Source: the human T2T-CHM13v2.0 reference genome, Homo sapiens. Taken from it: 64,000 bases of DNA. The stretch lies in the NCBI RefSeq assembly GCF_009914755.1, contig NC_060945.1, one strand, 5' to 3'. Position numbers and translations under genes: made by a program. Shown here piece after piece: positions 1 through 13,700 of this stretch (positions within the stretch are counted from its first letter, which is position 1; the number at the start of each line of letters is the position of its first letter). Under the pieces are notes generated by a model, which was given only the letters and a program-made list of their open reading frames with translations, was not told the origin of the DNA and ran no database searches.

Positions 1-165
1 TTTCACCAAAGGCATCAAAGCGCTCCAAATGTCCACTTCCAGATTCTTCCAAAAGAGTGTTTCAAACGTGCTCGAAGTAAGGGAATGTTCTACTCTGTGA
101 CTTGAATGCAGATATCACCAAGTAGTTTCTAATAGTGCTTCTGTCTAGATTTTAGATGATGATAT

Positions 166-182
166 TCCCGTTTCCAACGAAA
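166..182 (-). promoter_or_regulatory. CENP-B box, HOR position 1 (intact in this unit)
   Basis: TCCCGTTTCCAACGAAA is the reverse complement of TTTCGTTGGAAACGGGA; all nine core bases of nTTCGnnnnAnnCGGGn are present. Recurs at the same offset in each unit. Confidence 0.97.
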
Positions 183-336
183 TCGCTAGAGCTATCCAAA
201 TATCCAGTTACAGTTTCTACCAAAAGGGTGTTTCCAAATTGCTGCATCAAAAGAAAGGTTCAACTCTGTTAGTTGAGGACACACATCACAAAGAAGTTTG
301 TGAGAATGCTTCTGTCTAGATTTTGTATGACGATAT

Positions 337-353
337 TCCCTTTTCCAACGATA
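337..353 (-). other. Degenerate CENP-B box in the odd monomer of the 11-mer
   Basis: TCCCTTTTCCAACGATA lacks both the CGGG and TTCG cores, lies one monomer (171 bp) from box 1 and is fixed in all units read. Confidence 0.85.
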
Positions 354-674
354 TCGTTAAAGCAATCTAAATATCAATTTGCAGAATCCACAAAAATAGA
401 GTTTCAAAGCTGCTCTGTAAAAAGAAAGGTTCCACTCTGTTAGCTGAGTACACACATCACAAACTTGTTTCTCAGAATCCTTCTGTCTCGTTTTTATGGG
501 AAGATACTTACTTTTCCACCGTAGGCATCAAAGCGCTCCAAATGTCCACATCCAGATACTCCAGAACGAGTGTTTCAAACCTGCTCTATGAAAGGGAATC
601 TTCAACTCTATGAGTTGAATGCAGACATCAGAAAGAAATTTCTGAGAATGCTGCTGTCTACCTTTTATTTGAAT

Positions 675-691
675 TCCCGCTTCCAACGAAA
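675..691 (-). promoter_or_regulatory. CENP-B box, HOR position 2
   Basis: TCCCGCTTCCAACGAAA is the reverse complement of TTTCGTTGGAAGCGGGA; overlaps the EcoRI site at 671. Confidence 0.97.
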
Positions 692-1016
692 TCCTCCAAG
701 CTATCCAAATATCCACCTGCATTTTCCACAACAAGAGTGTTTCAAAACTGCTCTATCAATAGAAATGTTCAACTCCTTTGGCTGGGTACACACATCACAA
801 ACAAGTTTCTGAGAATGCTTCTGTCTAGTTTTTATGGGAAGACGTTCCCTTTTTCACCAAAGGCATCAAAGCGCTCCAAATGTCCACTTCCAGACACTAC
901 AAAAAGAGTGTTTCCAACGTGCTCTAAGAAAGCGAATGTTCAACTCTGTGACTTGAATGCAGATATCACAAAGTAGTTTCTGAGAGGGCTTCTGTCTAGA
1001 TTTTAGATGATGATAT

Positions 1017-1033
1017 TCCCGTTTCCAACAAAA
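1017..1033 (-). promoter_or_regulatory. CENP-B box, HOR position 3 (disrupted in this unit, TTCG>TTTG; intact in e.g. unit 2)
   Basis: TCCCGTTTCCAACAAAA here versus TCCCGTTTCCAACGAAA at 2886-2902. Confidence 0.92.
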
Positions 1034-1353
1034 TCATTAGAGCTTCCAAATATCCACTTACAGTTTCTACAAAAAGAGTGTTTCCAAACTGCTGCATCAA
1101 AAGAGAGGTTCCACTCTGTTAGCCGAGTACACACATCACAAACTTGTTTCTCAGAATCCTTCTGTCTCGTTTTTATGGGAAGATATTTACTTTTTCACCG
1201 TAGGCATCAAAGCGCTCCAAATGTCCACATCCAGATACTCCAGAAAGAGTGTTTCAAACCTGCTCTATGAAAGGGAATCTTCAACTCTATGAGTTGAATG
1301 CAGACATCAGAAAGAAATTTCTGAGAATGCTGCTGTCTACCTTTTATTTGAAT

Positions 1354-1370
1354 TCCCGCTTCCAACGAAA
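1354..1370 (-). promoter_or_regulatory. CENP-B box, HOR position 4
   Basis: TCCCGCTTCCAACGAAA, full core match. Confidence 0.97.
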
Positions 1371-1693
1371 TCCTCCAAGCTATCCAAATATCCACTTGCA
1401 GATTCCACAAAAAGAGTGTTTCAAAACTGCTCTCTATCAATGGCAAAGTTCAACTCTGTTAGTTGAGGACACATATCACCAACAAGTTTCTGAGAATGCT
1501 TCTGTCTATTTTTTATGGGAAGATATTTCCTTTTTCACCGTAGGCGTCAAGGCGATCGAAATGTCCACTTCCACAAACTACAAAAAGAGTGTTTCAAACC
1601 TGCTCTATGAAAGGCCATGTTCATCTCTATGAGTTGAATGGAAATATCCGAAAGAAATTTCTGGGAATGCTGCTGTCTAGTTTTTATATGAAT

Positions 1694-1710
1694 TCCCGCT
1701 TCCAACGAAA
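1694..1710 (-). promoter_or_regulatory. CENP-B box, HOR position 5
   Basis: TCCCGCTTCCAACGAAA, full core match. Confidence 0.97.
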
Positions 1711-4700
1711 TCCTCAAAGCAATCCAAATATCCACTTGCAGAATCCACAAAAAGAGTGTTTCAAAACTGCTCTATCAATAGAAAGGTTCAACTCTTTTAG
1801 TTGAGTACACACATCACAAACAAGTTTCTGAGAATGCTTCTGTCTGGCTTTTATTGGAAGACGTTTCCTTTTCACCAAAGGCATCAAAGCGCTCCAAAGG
1901 TCCACTTCCAGATTCTTCCAAAAGAGTGTTTCAAACGTGCTCATAGTAAGGGAATGTTCAACTCTGTGACTTGAATGCAGATATCACCAAGTAGTTTCTA
2001 ATAGTGCTTCTGTCTAGATTTTAGATGATGATATTCCCGTTTCCAACGAAATCGCTAGAGCTATCCAAATATCCAGTTACAGTTTCTACCAAAAGGGTGT
2101 TTCCAAATTGCTGCATCAAAAGAAAGGTTCAACTCTGTTAGTTGAGGACACACATCACAAAGAAGTTTGTGAGAATGCTTCTGTCTAGATTTTGTATGAC
2201 GATATTCCCTTTTCCAACGATATCGTTAAAGCAATCTAAATATCAATTTGCAGAATCCACAAAAATAGAGTTTCAAAGCTGCTCTGTAAAAAGAAAGGTT
2301 CCACTCTGTTAGCTGAGTACACACATCACAAACTTGTTTCTGAGAATCCTTCTGTCTCGTTTTTATGGGAAGATATTTACTTTTCCACCGTAGGCATCAA
2401 AGCGCTCCAAATGTCCACATCCAGATACTCCAGAACGAGTGTTTCAAACCTGCTCTATGAAAGGGAATCTTCAACTCTATGAGTTGAATGCAGACATCAG
2501 AAAGAAATTTCTGAGAATGCTGCTGTCTACCTTTTATTTGAATTCCCGCTTCCAACGAAATCCTCCAAGCTATCCAAATATCCACCTGCATTTTCCACAA
2601 CAAGAGTGTTTCAAAACTGCTCTATCAATAGAAATGTTCAACTCCTTTGGCTGGGTACACACATCACAAACAAGTTTCTGAGAATGCTTCTGTCTAGTTT
2701 TTATGGGAAGACGTTCCCTTTTTCACCAAAGGCATCAAAGCGCTCCAAATGTCCACTTCCAGACACTACAAAAAGAGTGTTTCCAACGTGCCCTAAGAAA
2801 GCGAATGTTCAACTCTGTGACTTGAATGCAGATATCACAAAGTAGTTTCTGAGAGGGCTTCTGTCTAGATTTTAGATGATGATATTCCCGTTTCCAACGA
2901 AATCATTAGAGCTATCCAAATATCCAATTACAGTTTCTACAAAAAGAGTGTTTCCAAACTGCTGCATCAAAAGAGAGGTTCCACTCTGTTAGCTGAGTAC
3001 ACACATCACAAACTTGTTTCTCAGAATCCTTCTGTCTCGTTTTTATGGGAAGATATTTACTTTTTCACCGTAGGCATCAAAGCGCTCCAAATGTCCACAT
3101 CCAGATACTCCAGAAAGAGTGTTTCAAACCTGCTCTATGAAAGGGAATCTTCAACTCTATGAGTTGAATGCAGACATCAGAAAGAAATTTCTGAGAATGC
3201 TGCTGTCTACCTTTTATTTGAATTCCCGCTTCCAACGAAATCCTCCAAGCTATCCAAATATCCACTTGCAGATTCCACAAAAAGAGTGTTTCAAAACTGC
3301 TCTCTATCAATGGCAAAGTTCAACTCTGTTAGTTGAGGACACATATCACCAACAAGTTTCTGAGAATGCTTCTGTCTATTTTTTATGGGAAGATATTTCC
3401 TTTTTCACCGTAGGCGTCAAGGCGATCGAAATGTCCACTTCCACAAACTACAAAAAGAGTGTTTCAAACCTGCTCTATGAAAGGCCATGTTCATCTCTAT
3501 GAGTTGAATGGAAATATCCGAAAGAAATTTCTGGGAATGCTGCTGTCTAGTGTTTATACGAATTCCCGCTTCCAACGAAATCCTCAAAGCAATCCAAATA
3601 TCCACTTGCAGAATCCACAAAAAGAGTGTTTCAAAACTGCTCTATCAATAGAAAGGTTCAACTCTTTTAGTTGAGTACACACATCACGAACAAGTTTCTG
3701 AGAATGCTTCTGTCTGGCTTTTATTGGAAGACGTTTCCTTTTCACCAAAGGCATCAAAGCGCTCCAAATGTCCACTTCCAGATTCTTCCAAAAGAGTGTT
3801 TCAAACGTGCTCAAAGTAAGGGAATGTTCAACTCTGTGACTTGAATGCAGATATCACCAAGTAGTTTCTAATAGTGCTTCTGTCTAGATTTTAGATGATG
3901 ATATTCCCGTTTCCAACGAAATCGTTAGAGCTAAGCAAATATCCAGTTACAGTTTCTACCAAAAGGGTGTTTCCAAATTGCTGCATCAAAAGAAAGGTTC
4001 AACTCTGTTAGTTGAGGACACACATCACAAAGAAGTTTGTGAGAATGCTTCTGTCTAGATTTTGTATGACGATATTCCCTTTTCCAACGATATCGTTAAA
4101 GCAATCTAAATATCAATTTGCAGAATCCACAAAAATAGAGTTTCAAAGCTGCTCTGTAAAAAGAAAGGTTCCACTCTGTTAGCTGAGTACACACATCACA
4201 AACTTGATTCTGAGAATCCTTCTGTCTCGTTTTTATGGGAAGATATTTACTTTTCCACCGTAGGCATCAAAGCGCTCCAAATGTCCACATCCAGATACTC
4301 CAGAACGAGTGTTTCAAACCTGCTCTATGAAAGGGAATCTTCAACTCTATGAGTTGAATGCAGACATCAGAAAGAAATTTCTGAGAATGCTGCTGTCTAC
4401 CTTTTATTTGAATTCCCGCTTCCAACGAAATCCTCCAAGCTATCCAAATATCCACCTGCATTTTCCACAACAAGAGTGTTTCAAAACTGCTCTATCAATA
4501 GAAATGTTCAACTCCTTTGGCTGGGTACACACATCACAAACAAGTTTCTGAGAATGCTTCTGTCTAGTTTTTATGGGAAGACGTTCCCTTTTTCACCAAA
4601 GGCATCAAAGCGCTCCAAATGTCCACTTCCAGACACTACAAAAAGAGTGTTTCAAACGTGCTCTAAGAAAGCGAATGTTCAACTCTGTGACTTGAATGCA

Positions 4701-7700
4701 GATATCACAAAGTAGTTTCTGAGAGGGCTTCTGTCTAGATTTTAGATGATGATATTCCCGTTTCCAACGAAATCATTAGAGCTATCCAAATATCCACTTA
4801 CAGTTTCTACAAAAAGAGTGTTTCCAAACTGCTGCATCAAAAGAGAGGTTCCACTCTGTTAGCCGAGTACACACATCACAAACTTGTTTCTCAGAATCCT
4901 TCTGACTCGTTTTTATGGGAAGATATTTACTTTTTCACCGTAGGCATCAAAGCGCTCCAAATGTCCACATCCAGATACTCCAGAAAGAGTGTTTCAAACC
5001 TGCTCTATGAAAGGGAATCTTCAACTCTATGAGTTGAATGCAGACATCAGAAAGAAATTTCTGAGAATGCTGCTGTCTACCTTTTATTTGAATTCCCGCT
5101 TCCAACGAAATCCTCCAAGCTATCCAAATATCCACTTGCAGATTCCACAAAAAGAGTGTATCAAAACTGCTCTCTATCAATGGCAAAGTTCAACTCTGTT
5201 AGTTGAGGACACATATCACCAACAAGTTTCTGAGAATGCTTCTGTCTATTTTTTATGGGAAGATATTTCCTTTTTCACCGTAGGCGTCAAGGCGATCGAA
5301 ATGTCCACTTCCACAAACTACAAAAAGAGTGTTTCAAACCTGCTCTATGAAAGGCCATGTTCATCTCTATGAGTTGAATGGAAATATCCGAAAGAAATTT
5401 CTGGGAATGCTGCTGTCTAGTGTTTATACGAATTCCCGCTTCCAACGAAATCCTCAAAGCAATCCAAATATCCACTTGCAGAATCCACAAAAAGAGTGTT
5501 TCAAAACTGCTCTATCAATAGAAAGGTTCAACTCTTTTAGTTGAGTACACACATCACGAACAAGTTTCTGAGAATGCTTCTGTCTGGCTTTTATTGGAAG
5601 ACGTTTCCTTTTCACCAAAGGCATCAAAGCGCTCCAAATGTCCACTTCCAGATTCTTCCAAAAGAGTGTTTCAAACGTGCTCAAAGTAAGGGAATGTTCA
5701 ACTCTGTGACTTGAATGCAGATATCACCAAGTAGTTTCTAATAGTGCTTCTGTCTAGATTTTAGATGATGATATTCCCGTTTCCAACGAAATCGCTAGAG
5801 CTATCCAAATATCCAGTTACAGTTTCTACCAAAAGGGTGTTTCCAAATTGCTGCATCAAAAGAAAGGTTCAACTCTGTTAGTTGAGGACACACATCACAA
5901 AGAAGTTTGTGAGAATGCTTCTGTCTAGATTTTGTATGACGATATTCCCTTTTCCAACGATATCGTTAAAGCAATCTAAATATCAATTTGCAGAATCCAC
6001 AAAAATAGAGTTTCAAAGCTGCTCTGTAAAAAGAAAGGTTCCACTCTGTTAGCTGAGTACACACATCACAAACTTGTTTCTGAGAAACCTTCTGTCTCGT
6101 TTTTATGGGAAGATATTTACTTTTCCACTGTAGGCATCAAAGCGCTCCAAATGTCCACATCCAGATACTCCAGAACGAGTGTTTCAAACCTGCTCTATGA
6201 AAGGGAATCTTCAACTCTATGAGTTGAATGCAGAATCAGAAAGAAATTTCTGAGAATGCTGCTGTCTACCTTTTATTTGAATTCCCGCTTCCAACGAAAT
6301 CCTCCAAGCTATCCAAATATCCACCTGCATTTTCCACAAAAAGAGTGTTTCAAAACTGCTCTATCAATAGAAATGTTCAACTCCTTTGGCTGGGTACACA
6401 CATCACAAACAAGTTTCTGAGAATGCTTCTGTCTAGTTTTTATGGGAAGACGTTCCCTTTTTCACCAAAGGCATCAAAGCGCTCCAAATGTCCACTTCCA
6501 GACACTACAAAAAGAGTGTTTCAAACGTGCTCTAAGAAAGCGAATGTTCAACTCTGTGACTTGAATGCAGATATCACAAAGTAGTTTCTGAGAGGGCTTC
6601 TGTCTAGATTTTAGATGATGATATTCCCGTTTCCAACGAAATCATTAGAGCTATCCAAATATCCACTTACAGTTTCTACAAAAAGAGTGTTTCCAAACTG
6701 CTGCATCAAAAGAGAGGTTCCACTCTGTTAGCCGAGTACACACATCACAAACTTGTTTCTCAGAATCCTTCTGTCTCGTTTTTATGGGAAGATATTTACT
6801 TTTTCACCGTAGGCATCAAAGCGCTCCAAATGTCCACATCCAGATACTCCAGAAAGAGTGTTTCAAACCTGCTCTATGAAAGGGAATCTTCAACTCTATG
6901 AGTTGAATGCAGACATCAGAAAGAAATTTCTGAGAATGCTGCTGTCTACCTTTTATTTGAATTCCCGCTTCCAACGAAATCCTCCAAGCTATCCAAATAT
7001 CCACTTGCAGATTCCACAAAAAGAGTGTTTCAAAACTGCTCTCTATCAATGGCAAAGTTCAACTCTGTTAGTTGAGGACACATATCACCAACAAGTTTCT
7101 GAGAATGCTTCTGTCTATTTTTTATGGGAAGATATTTCCTTTTTCACCGTAGGCGTCAAGGCGATCGAAATGTCCACTTCCACAAACTACAAAAAGAGTG
7201 TTTCAAACCTGCTCTATGAAAGGCCATGTTCATCTCTATGAGTTGAATGGAAATATCCGAAAGAAATTTCTGGGAATGCTGCTGTCTAGTGTTTATACGA
7301 ATTCCCGCTTCCAACGAAATCCTCAAAGCAATCCAAATATCCACTTGCAGAATCCACAAAAAGAGTGTTTCAAAACTGCTCTATCAATAGAAAGGTTCAA
7401 CTCTTTTAGTTGAGTACACACATCACAAACAAGTTTCTGAGAATGCTTCTGTCTGGCTTTTATTGGAAGACGTTTCCTTTTCACCAAAGGCATCAAAGCG
7501 CTCCAAATGTCCACTTCCAGATTCTTCCAAAAGAGTGTTTCAAACGTGGTCGAAGTAAGGGAATGTTCAACTCTGTGACTTGAATGCAGATATCACCAAG
7601 TAGTTTCTAATAGTGCTTCTGTCTACATTTTAGATGATGATATTCCCGTTTCCAACGAAATCGTTAGAGCTATCCAAATATCCAGTTACAGTTTCTACCA

Positions 7701-10700
7701 AAAGGGTGTTTCCAAATTGCTGCATCAAAAGAAAGGTTCAACTCTGTTAGTTGAGGACACACATCACAAAGAAGTTTGTGAGAATGCTTCTGTCTAGATT
7801 TTGTATGACGATATTCCCTTTTCCAACGATATCGTTAAAGCAATCTAAATATCAATTTGCAGAATCCACAAAAATAGAGTTTCAAAGCTGCTCTGTAAAA
7901 AGAAAGGTTCCACTCTGTTAGCTGAGTACACACATCACAAACTTGTTTCTGAGAAACCTTCTGTCTCGTTTTTATGGGAAGATATTTACTTTTCCACTGT
8001 AGGCATCAAAGCGCTCCAAATGTCCACATCCAGATACTCCAGAACGAGTGTTTCAAACCTGCTCTATGAAAGGGAATCTTCAACTCTATGAGTTGAATGC
8101 AGAATCAGAAAGAAATTTCTGAGAATGCTGCTGTCTACCTTTTATTTGAATTCCCGCTTCCAACGAAATCCTCCAAGCTATCCAAATATCCACCTGCATT
8201 TTCCACAAAAAGAGTGTTTCAAAACTGCTCTATCAATAGAAATGTTCAACTCCTTTGGCTGGGTACACACATCACAAACAAGTTTCTGAGAATGCTTCTG
8301 TCTAGTTTTTATGGGAAGACGTTCCCTTTTTCACCAAAGGCATCAAAGCGCTCCAAATGTCCACTTCCAGACACTACAAAAAGAGTGTTTCAAACGTGCT
8401 CTAAGAAAGCGAATGTTCAACTCTGTGACTTGAATGCAGATATCACAAAGTAGTTTCTGAGAGGGCTTCTGTCTAGATTTTAGATGATGATATTCCCGTT
8501 TCCAACGAAATCATTAGAGCTATCCAAATATCCACTTACAGTTTCTACAAAAAGAGTGTTTCCAAACTGCTGCATCAAAAGAGAGGTTCCACTCTGTTAG
8601 CCGAGTACACACATCACAAACTTGTTTCTCAGAATCCTTCTGTCTCGTTTTTATGGGAAGATATTTACTTTTTCACCGTAGGCATCAAAGCGCTCCAAAT
8701 GTCCACATCCAGATACTCCAGAAAGAGTGTTTCAAACCTGCTCTATGAAAGGGAATCTTCAACTCTATGAGTTGAATGCAGACATCAGAAAGAAATTTCT
8801 GAGAATGCTGCTGTCTACCTTTTATTTGAATTCCCGCTTCCAACGAAATCCTCCAAGCTATCCAAATATCCACTTGCAGATTCCACAAAAAGAGTGTTTC
8901 AAAACTGCTCTCTATCAATGGCAAAGTTCAACTCTGTTAGTTGAGGACACATATCACCAACAAGTTTCTGAGAATGCTTCTGTCTATTTTTTATGGGAAG
9001 ATATTTCCTTTTTCACCGTAGGCGTCAAGGCGATCGAAATGTCCACTTCCACAAACTACAAAAAGAGTGTTTCAAACCTGCTCTATGAAAGGCCATGTTC
9101 ATCTCTATGAGTTGAATGGAAATATCCGAAAGAAATTTCTGGGAATGCTGCTGTCTAGTTTTTATATGAATTCCGGCTTCCAACGAAATCCTCAAAGCAA
9201 TCCAAATATCCACTTGCAGAATCCACAAAAAGAGTGTTTCAAAACTGCTCTATCAATAGAAAGGTTCAACTCTTTTAGTTGAGTACACACATCACAAACA
9301 AGTTTCTGAGAATGCTTCTGTCTGGCTTTTATTGGAAGACGTTTCCTTTTCACCAAAGGCATCAAAGCGCTCCAAATGTCCACTTCCAGATTCTTCCAAA
9401 AGAGTGTTTCAAACGTGCTCGAAGTAAGGGAATGTTCTACTCTGTGACTTGAATGCAGATATCACCAAGTAGTTTCTAATAGTGCTTCTGTCTAGATTTT
9501 AGATGATGATATTCCCGTTTCCAACGAAATCGCTAGAGCTATCCAAATATCCAGTTACAGTTTCTACCAAAAGGGTGTTTCCAAATTGCTGCATCAAAAG
9601 AAAGGTTCAACTCTGTTAGTTGAGGACACACATCACAAAGAAGTTTGTGAGAATGCTTCTGTCTAGATTTTGTATGACGATATTCCCTTTTCCAACGATA
9701 TCGTTAAAGCAATCTAAATATCAATTTGCAGAATCCACAAAAATAGAGTTTCAAAGCTGCTCTGTAAAAAGAAAGGTTCCACTCTGTTAGCTGAGTACAC
9801 ACATCACAAACTTGTTTCTCAGAATCCTTCTGTCTCGTTTTTATGGGAAGATACTTACTTTTCCACCGTAGGCATCAAAGCGCTCCAAATGTCCACATCC
9901 AGATACTCCAGAACGAGTGTTTCAAACCTGCTCTATGAAAGGGAATCTTCAACTCTATGAGTTGAATGCAGACATCAGAAAGAAATTTCTGAGAATGCTG
10001 CTGTCTACCTTTTATTTGAATTCCCGCTTCCAACGAAATCCTCCAAGCTATCCAAATATCCACCTGCATTTTCCACAACAAGAGTGTTTCAAAACTGCTC
10101 TATCAATAGAAATGTTCAACTCCTTTGGCTGGGTACACACATCACAAACAAGTTTCTGAGAATGCTTCTGTCTAGTTTTTATGGGAAGACGTTCCCTTTT
10201 TCACCAAAGGCATCAAAGCGCTCCAAATGTCCACTTCCAGACACTACAAAAAGAGTGTTTCCAACGTGCTCTAAGAAAGCGAATGTTCAACTCTGTGACT
10301 TGAATGCAGATATCACAAAGTAGTTTCTGAGAGGGCTTCTGTCTAGATTTTAGATGATGATATTCCCGTTTCCAACAAAATCATTAGAGCTTCCAAATAT
10401 CCACTTACAGTTTCTACAAAAAGAGTGTTTCCAAACTGCTGCATCAAAAGAGAGGTTCCACTCTGTTAGCTGAGTACACACATCACAAACTTGTTTCTCA
10501 GAATCCTTCTGTCTCGTTTTTATGGGAAGATATTTACTTTTTCACCGTAGGCATCAAAGCGCTCCAAATGTCCACATCCAGATACTCCAGAAAGAGTGTT
10601 TCAAACCTGCTCTATGAAAGGGAATCTTCAACTCTATGAGTTGAATGCAGACATCAGAAAGAAATTTCTGAGAATGCTGCTGTCTACCTTTTATTTGAAT

Positions 10701-13700
10701 TCCCGCTTCCAACGAAATCCTCCAAGCTATCCAAATATCCACTTGCAGATTCCACAAAAAGAGTGTTTCAAAACTGCTCTCTATCAATGGCAAAGTTCAA
10801 CTCTGTTAGTTGAGGACACATATCACCAACAAGTTTCTGAGAATGCTTCTGTCTATTTTTTATGGGAAGATATTTCCTTTTTCACCGTAGGCGTCAAGGC
10901 GATCGAAATGTCCACTTCCACAAACTACAAAAAGAGTGTTTCAAACCTGCTCTATGAAAGGCCATGTTCATCTCTATGAGTTGAATGGAAATATCCGAAA
11001 GAAATTTCTGGGAATGCTGCTGTCTAGTGTTTATACGAATTCCCGCTTCCAACGAAATCCTCAAAGCAATCCAAATATCCACTTGCAGAATCCACAAAAA
11101 GAGTGTTTCAAAACTGCTCTATCAATAGAAAGGTTCAACTCTTTTAGTTGAGTACACACATCACGAACAAGTTTCTGAGAATGCTTCTGTCTGGCTTTTA
11201 TTGGAAGACGTTTCCTTTTCACCAAAGGCATCAAAGCGCTCCAAATGTCCACTTCCAGATTCTTCCAAAAGAGTGTTTCAAACGTGCTCAAAGTAAGGGA
11301 ATGTTCAACTCTGTGACTTGAATGCAGATATCACCAAGTAGTTTCTAATAGTGCTTCTGTCTAGATTTTAGATGATGATATTCCCGTTTCCAACGAAATC
11401 GTTAGAGCTATCCAAATATCCAGTTACAGTTTCTACCAAAAGGGTGTTTCCAAATTGCTGCATCAAAAGAAAGGTTCAACTCTGTTAGTTGAGGACACAC
11501 ATCACAAAGAAGTTTGTGAGAATGCTTCTGTCTAGATTTTGTATGACGATATTCCCTTTTCCAACGATATCGTTAAAGCAATCTAAATATCAATTTGCAG
11601 AATCCACAAAAATAGAGTTTCAAAGCTGCTCTGTAAAAAGAAAGGTTCCACTCTGTTAGCTGAGTACACACATCACAAACTTGTTTCTGAGAATCCTTCT
11701 GTCTCGTTTTTATGGGAAGATATTTACTTTTCCACCGTAGGCATCAAAGCGCTCCAAATGTCCACATCCAGATACTCCAGAACGAGTGTTTCAAACCTGC
11801 TCTATGAAAGGGAATCTTCAACTCTATGAGTTGAATGCAGACATCAGAAAGAAATTTCTGAGAATGCTGCTGTCTACCTTTTATTTGAATTCCCGCTTCC
11901 AACGAAATCCTCCAAGCTATCCAAATATCCACTTGCATTTTCCACAACAAGAGTGTTTCAAAACTGCTCTATCAATAGAAATGTTCAACTCCTTTGGCTG
12001 GGTACACACATCACAAACAAGTTTCTGAGAATGCTTCTGTCTAGTTTTTATGGGAAGACATTCCCTTTTTCACCAAAGGCATCAAAGCGCTCCAAATGTC
12101 CACTTCCAGACACTACAAAAAGAGTGTTTCAAACGTGCTCTAAGAAAGCGAATGTTCAACTCTGTGACTTGAATGCAGATATCACAAAGTAGTTTCTGAG
12201 AGTGCTTCTGTCTAGATTTTAGATGATGATATTCCCGTTTCCAAAGAAATCATTAGAGCTATCCAAATATCCACTTACAGTTTCTACAAAAAGAGTGTTT
12301 CCAAACTGCTGCATCAAAAGAGAGGTTCCACTCTGTTAGCTGAGTACACACATCACAAACTTGTTTCTCAGAATCCTTCTGTCTCGTTTTTATGGGAAGA
12401 TATTTACTTTTTCACCGTAGGCATCAAAGCGCTCCAAATGTCCACATCCAGATACTCCAGAAAGAGTGTTTCAAACCTGCTCTATGAAAGGGAATCTTCA
12501 ACTCTATGAGTTGAATGCAGACATCAGAAAGAAATTTCTGAGAATGCTGCTGTCTACCTTTTATTTGAATTCCCGCTTCCAACGAAATCCTCCAAGCTAT
12601 CCAAATATCCACTTGCAGATTCCACAAAAAGAGTGTTTCAAAACTGCTCTCTATCAATGGCAAAGTTCAACTCTGTTAGTTGAGGACACATATCACCAAC
12701 AAGTTTCTGAGAATGCTTCTGTCTATTTTTTATGGGAAGATATTTCCTTTTTCACCGTAGGCGTCAAGGCAATCGAAATGTCCACTTCCGCAAACTACAA
12801 AAAGAGTGTTTCAAACCTGCTCTATGAAAGGCCATGTTCATCTCTATGAGTTGAATGGAAATATCCGAAAGAAATTTCTGGGAATGCTGCTGTCTAGTTT
12901 TTATATGAATTCCCGCTTCCAACGAAATCCTCAAAGCAATCCAAATATCCACTTGCAGAATCCACAAAAAGAGTGTTTCAAAACTGCTCTATCAATAGAA
13001 AGGTTCAACTCTTTTAGTTGAGTACACACATCACAAACAAGTTTCTGAGAATGCTTCTGTCTGGCTTTTATTGGAAGACGTTTCCTTTTCACCAAAGGCA
13101 TCAAAGCGCTCCAAATGTCCACTTCCAGATTCTTCCAAAAGAGTGTTTCAAACGTGGTCGAAGTAAGGGAATGTTCAACTCTGTGACTTGAATGCAGATA
13201 TCACCAAGTAGTTTCTAATAGTGCTTCTGTCTAGATTTTAGATGATGATATTCCCGTTTCCAACGAAATCGTTAGAGCTATCCAAATATCCAGTTACAGT
13301 TTCTACCAAAAGGGTGTTTCCAAATTGCTGCATCAAAAGAAAGGTTCAACTCTGTTAGTTGAGGACACACATCACAAAGAAGTTTGTGAGAATGCTTCTG
13401 TCTAGATTTTGTATGACGATATTCCCTTTTCCAACGATATCGTTAAAGCAATCTAAATATCAATTTGCAGAATCCACAAAAATAGAGTTTCAAAGCTGCT
13501 CTGTAAAAAGAAAGGTTCCACTCTGTTAGCTGAGTACACACATCACAAACTTGTTTCTGAGAAACCTTCTGTCTCGTTTTTATGGGAAGATATTTACTTT
13601 TCCACTGTAGGCATCAAAGCGCTCCAAATGTCCACATCCAGATACTCCAGAACGAGTGTTTCAAACCTGCTCTATGAAAGGGAATCTTCAACTCTATGAG

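Larger units (their letters stand above)
1..1869 (-). repeat. Representative 11-mer HOR unit; family assignment D13Z1/D21Z1 (S2C13/21H1L, alphaRI-680/L1.26 type, suprachromosomal family 2)
   Basis: Seen: GAATTC at 671, 1350, 1690 and 2540 gives ~680, 340 and 850 bp EcoRI fragments; dimeric alternation of box-bearing and box-less monomers; 11 monomers; GGCTGGGTACACACATCA at 780-797. Established knowledge (from memory): these properties describe the chr13/21 array. Other SF2 11-mers such as D8Z2 were not excluded by alignment. Confidence 0.88.

Noticed and set aside
347-358. Short palindrome AACGATATCGTT once per HOR, a possible dyad or cruciform
   Set aside because: A 12 bp palindrome is too short to support a structural claim from sequence alone, and short dyads in alpha satellite are already well known.
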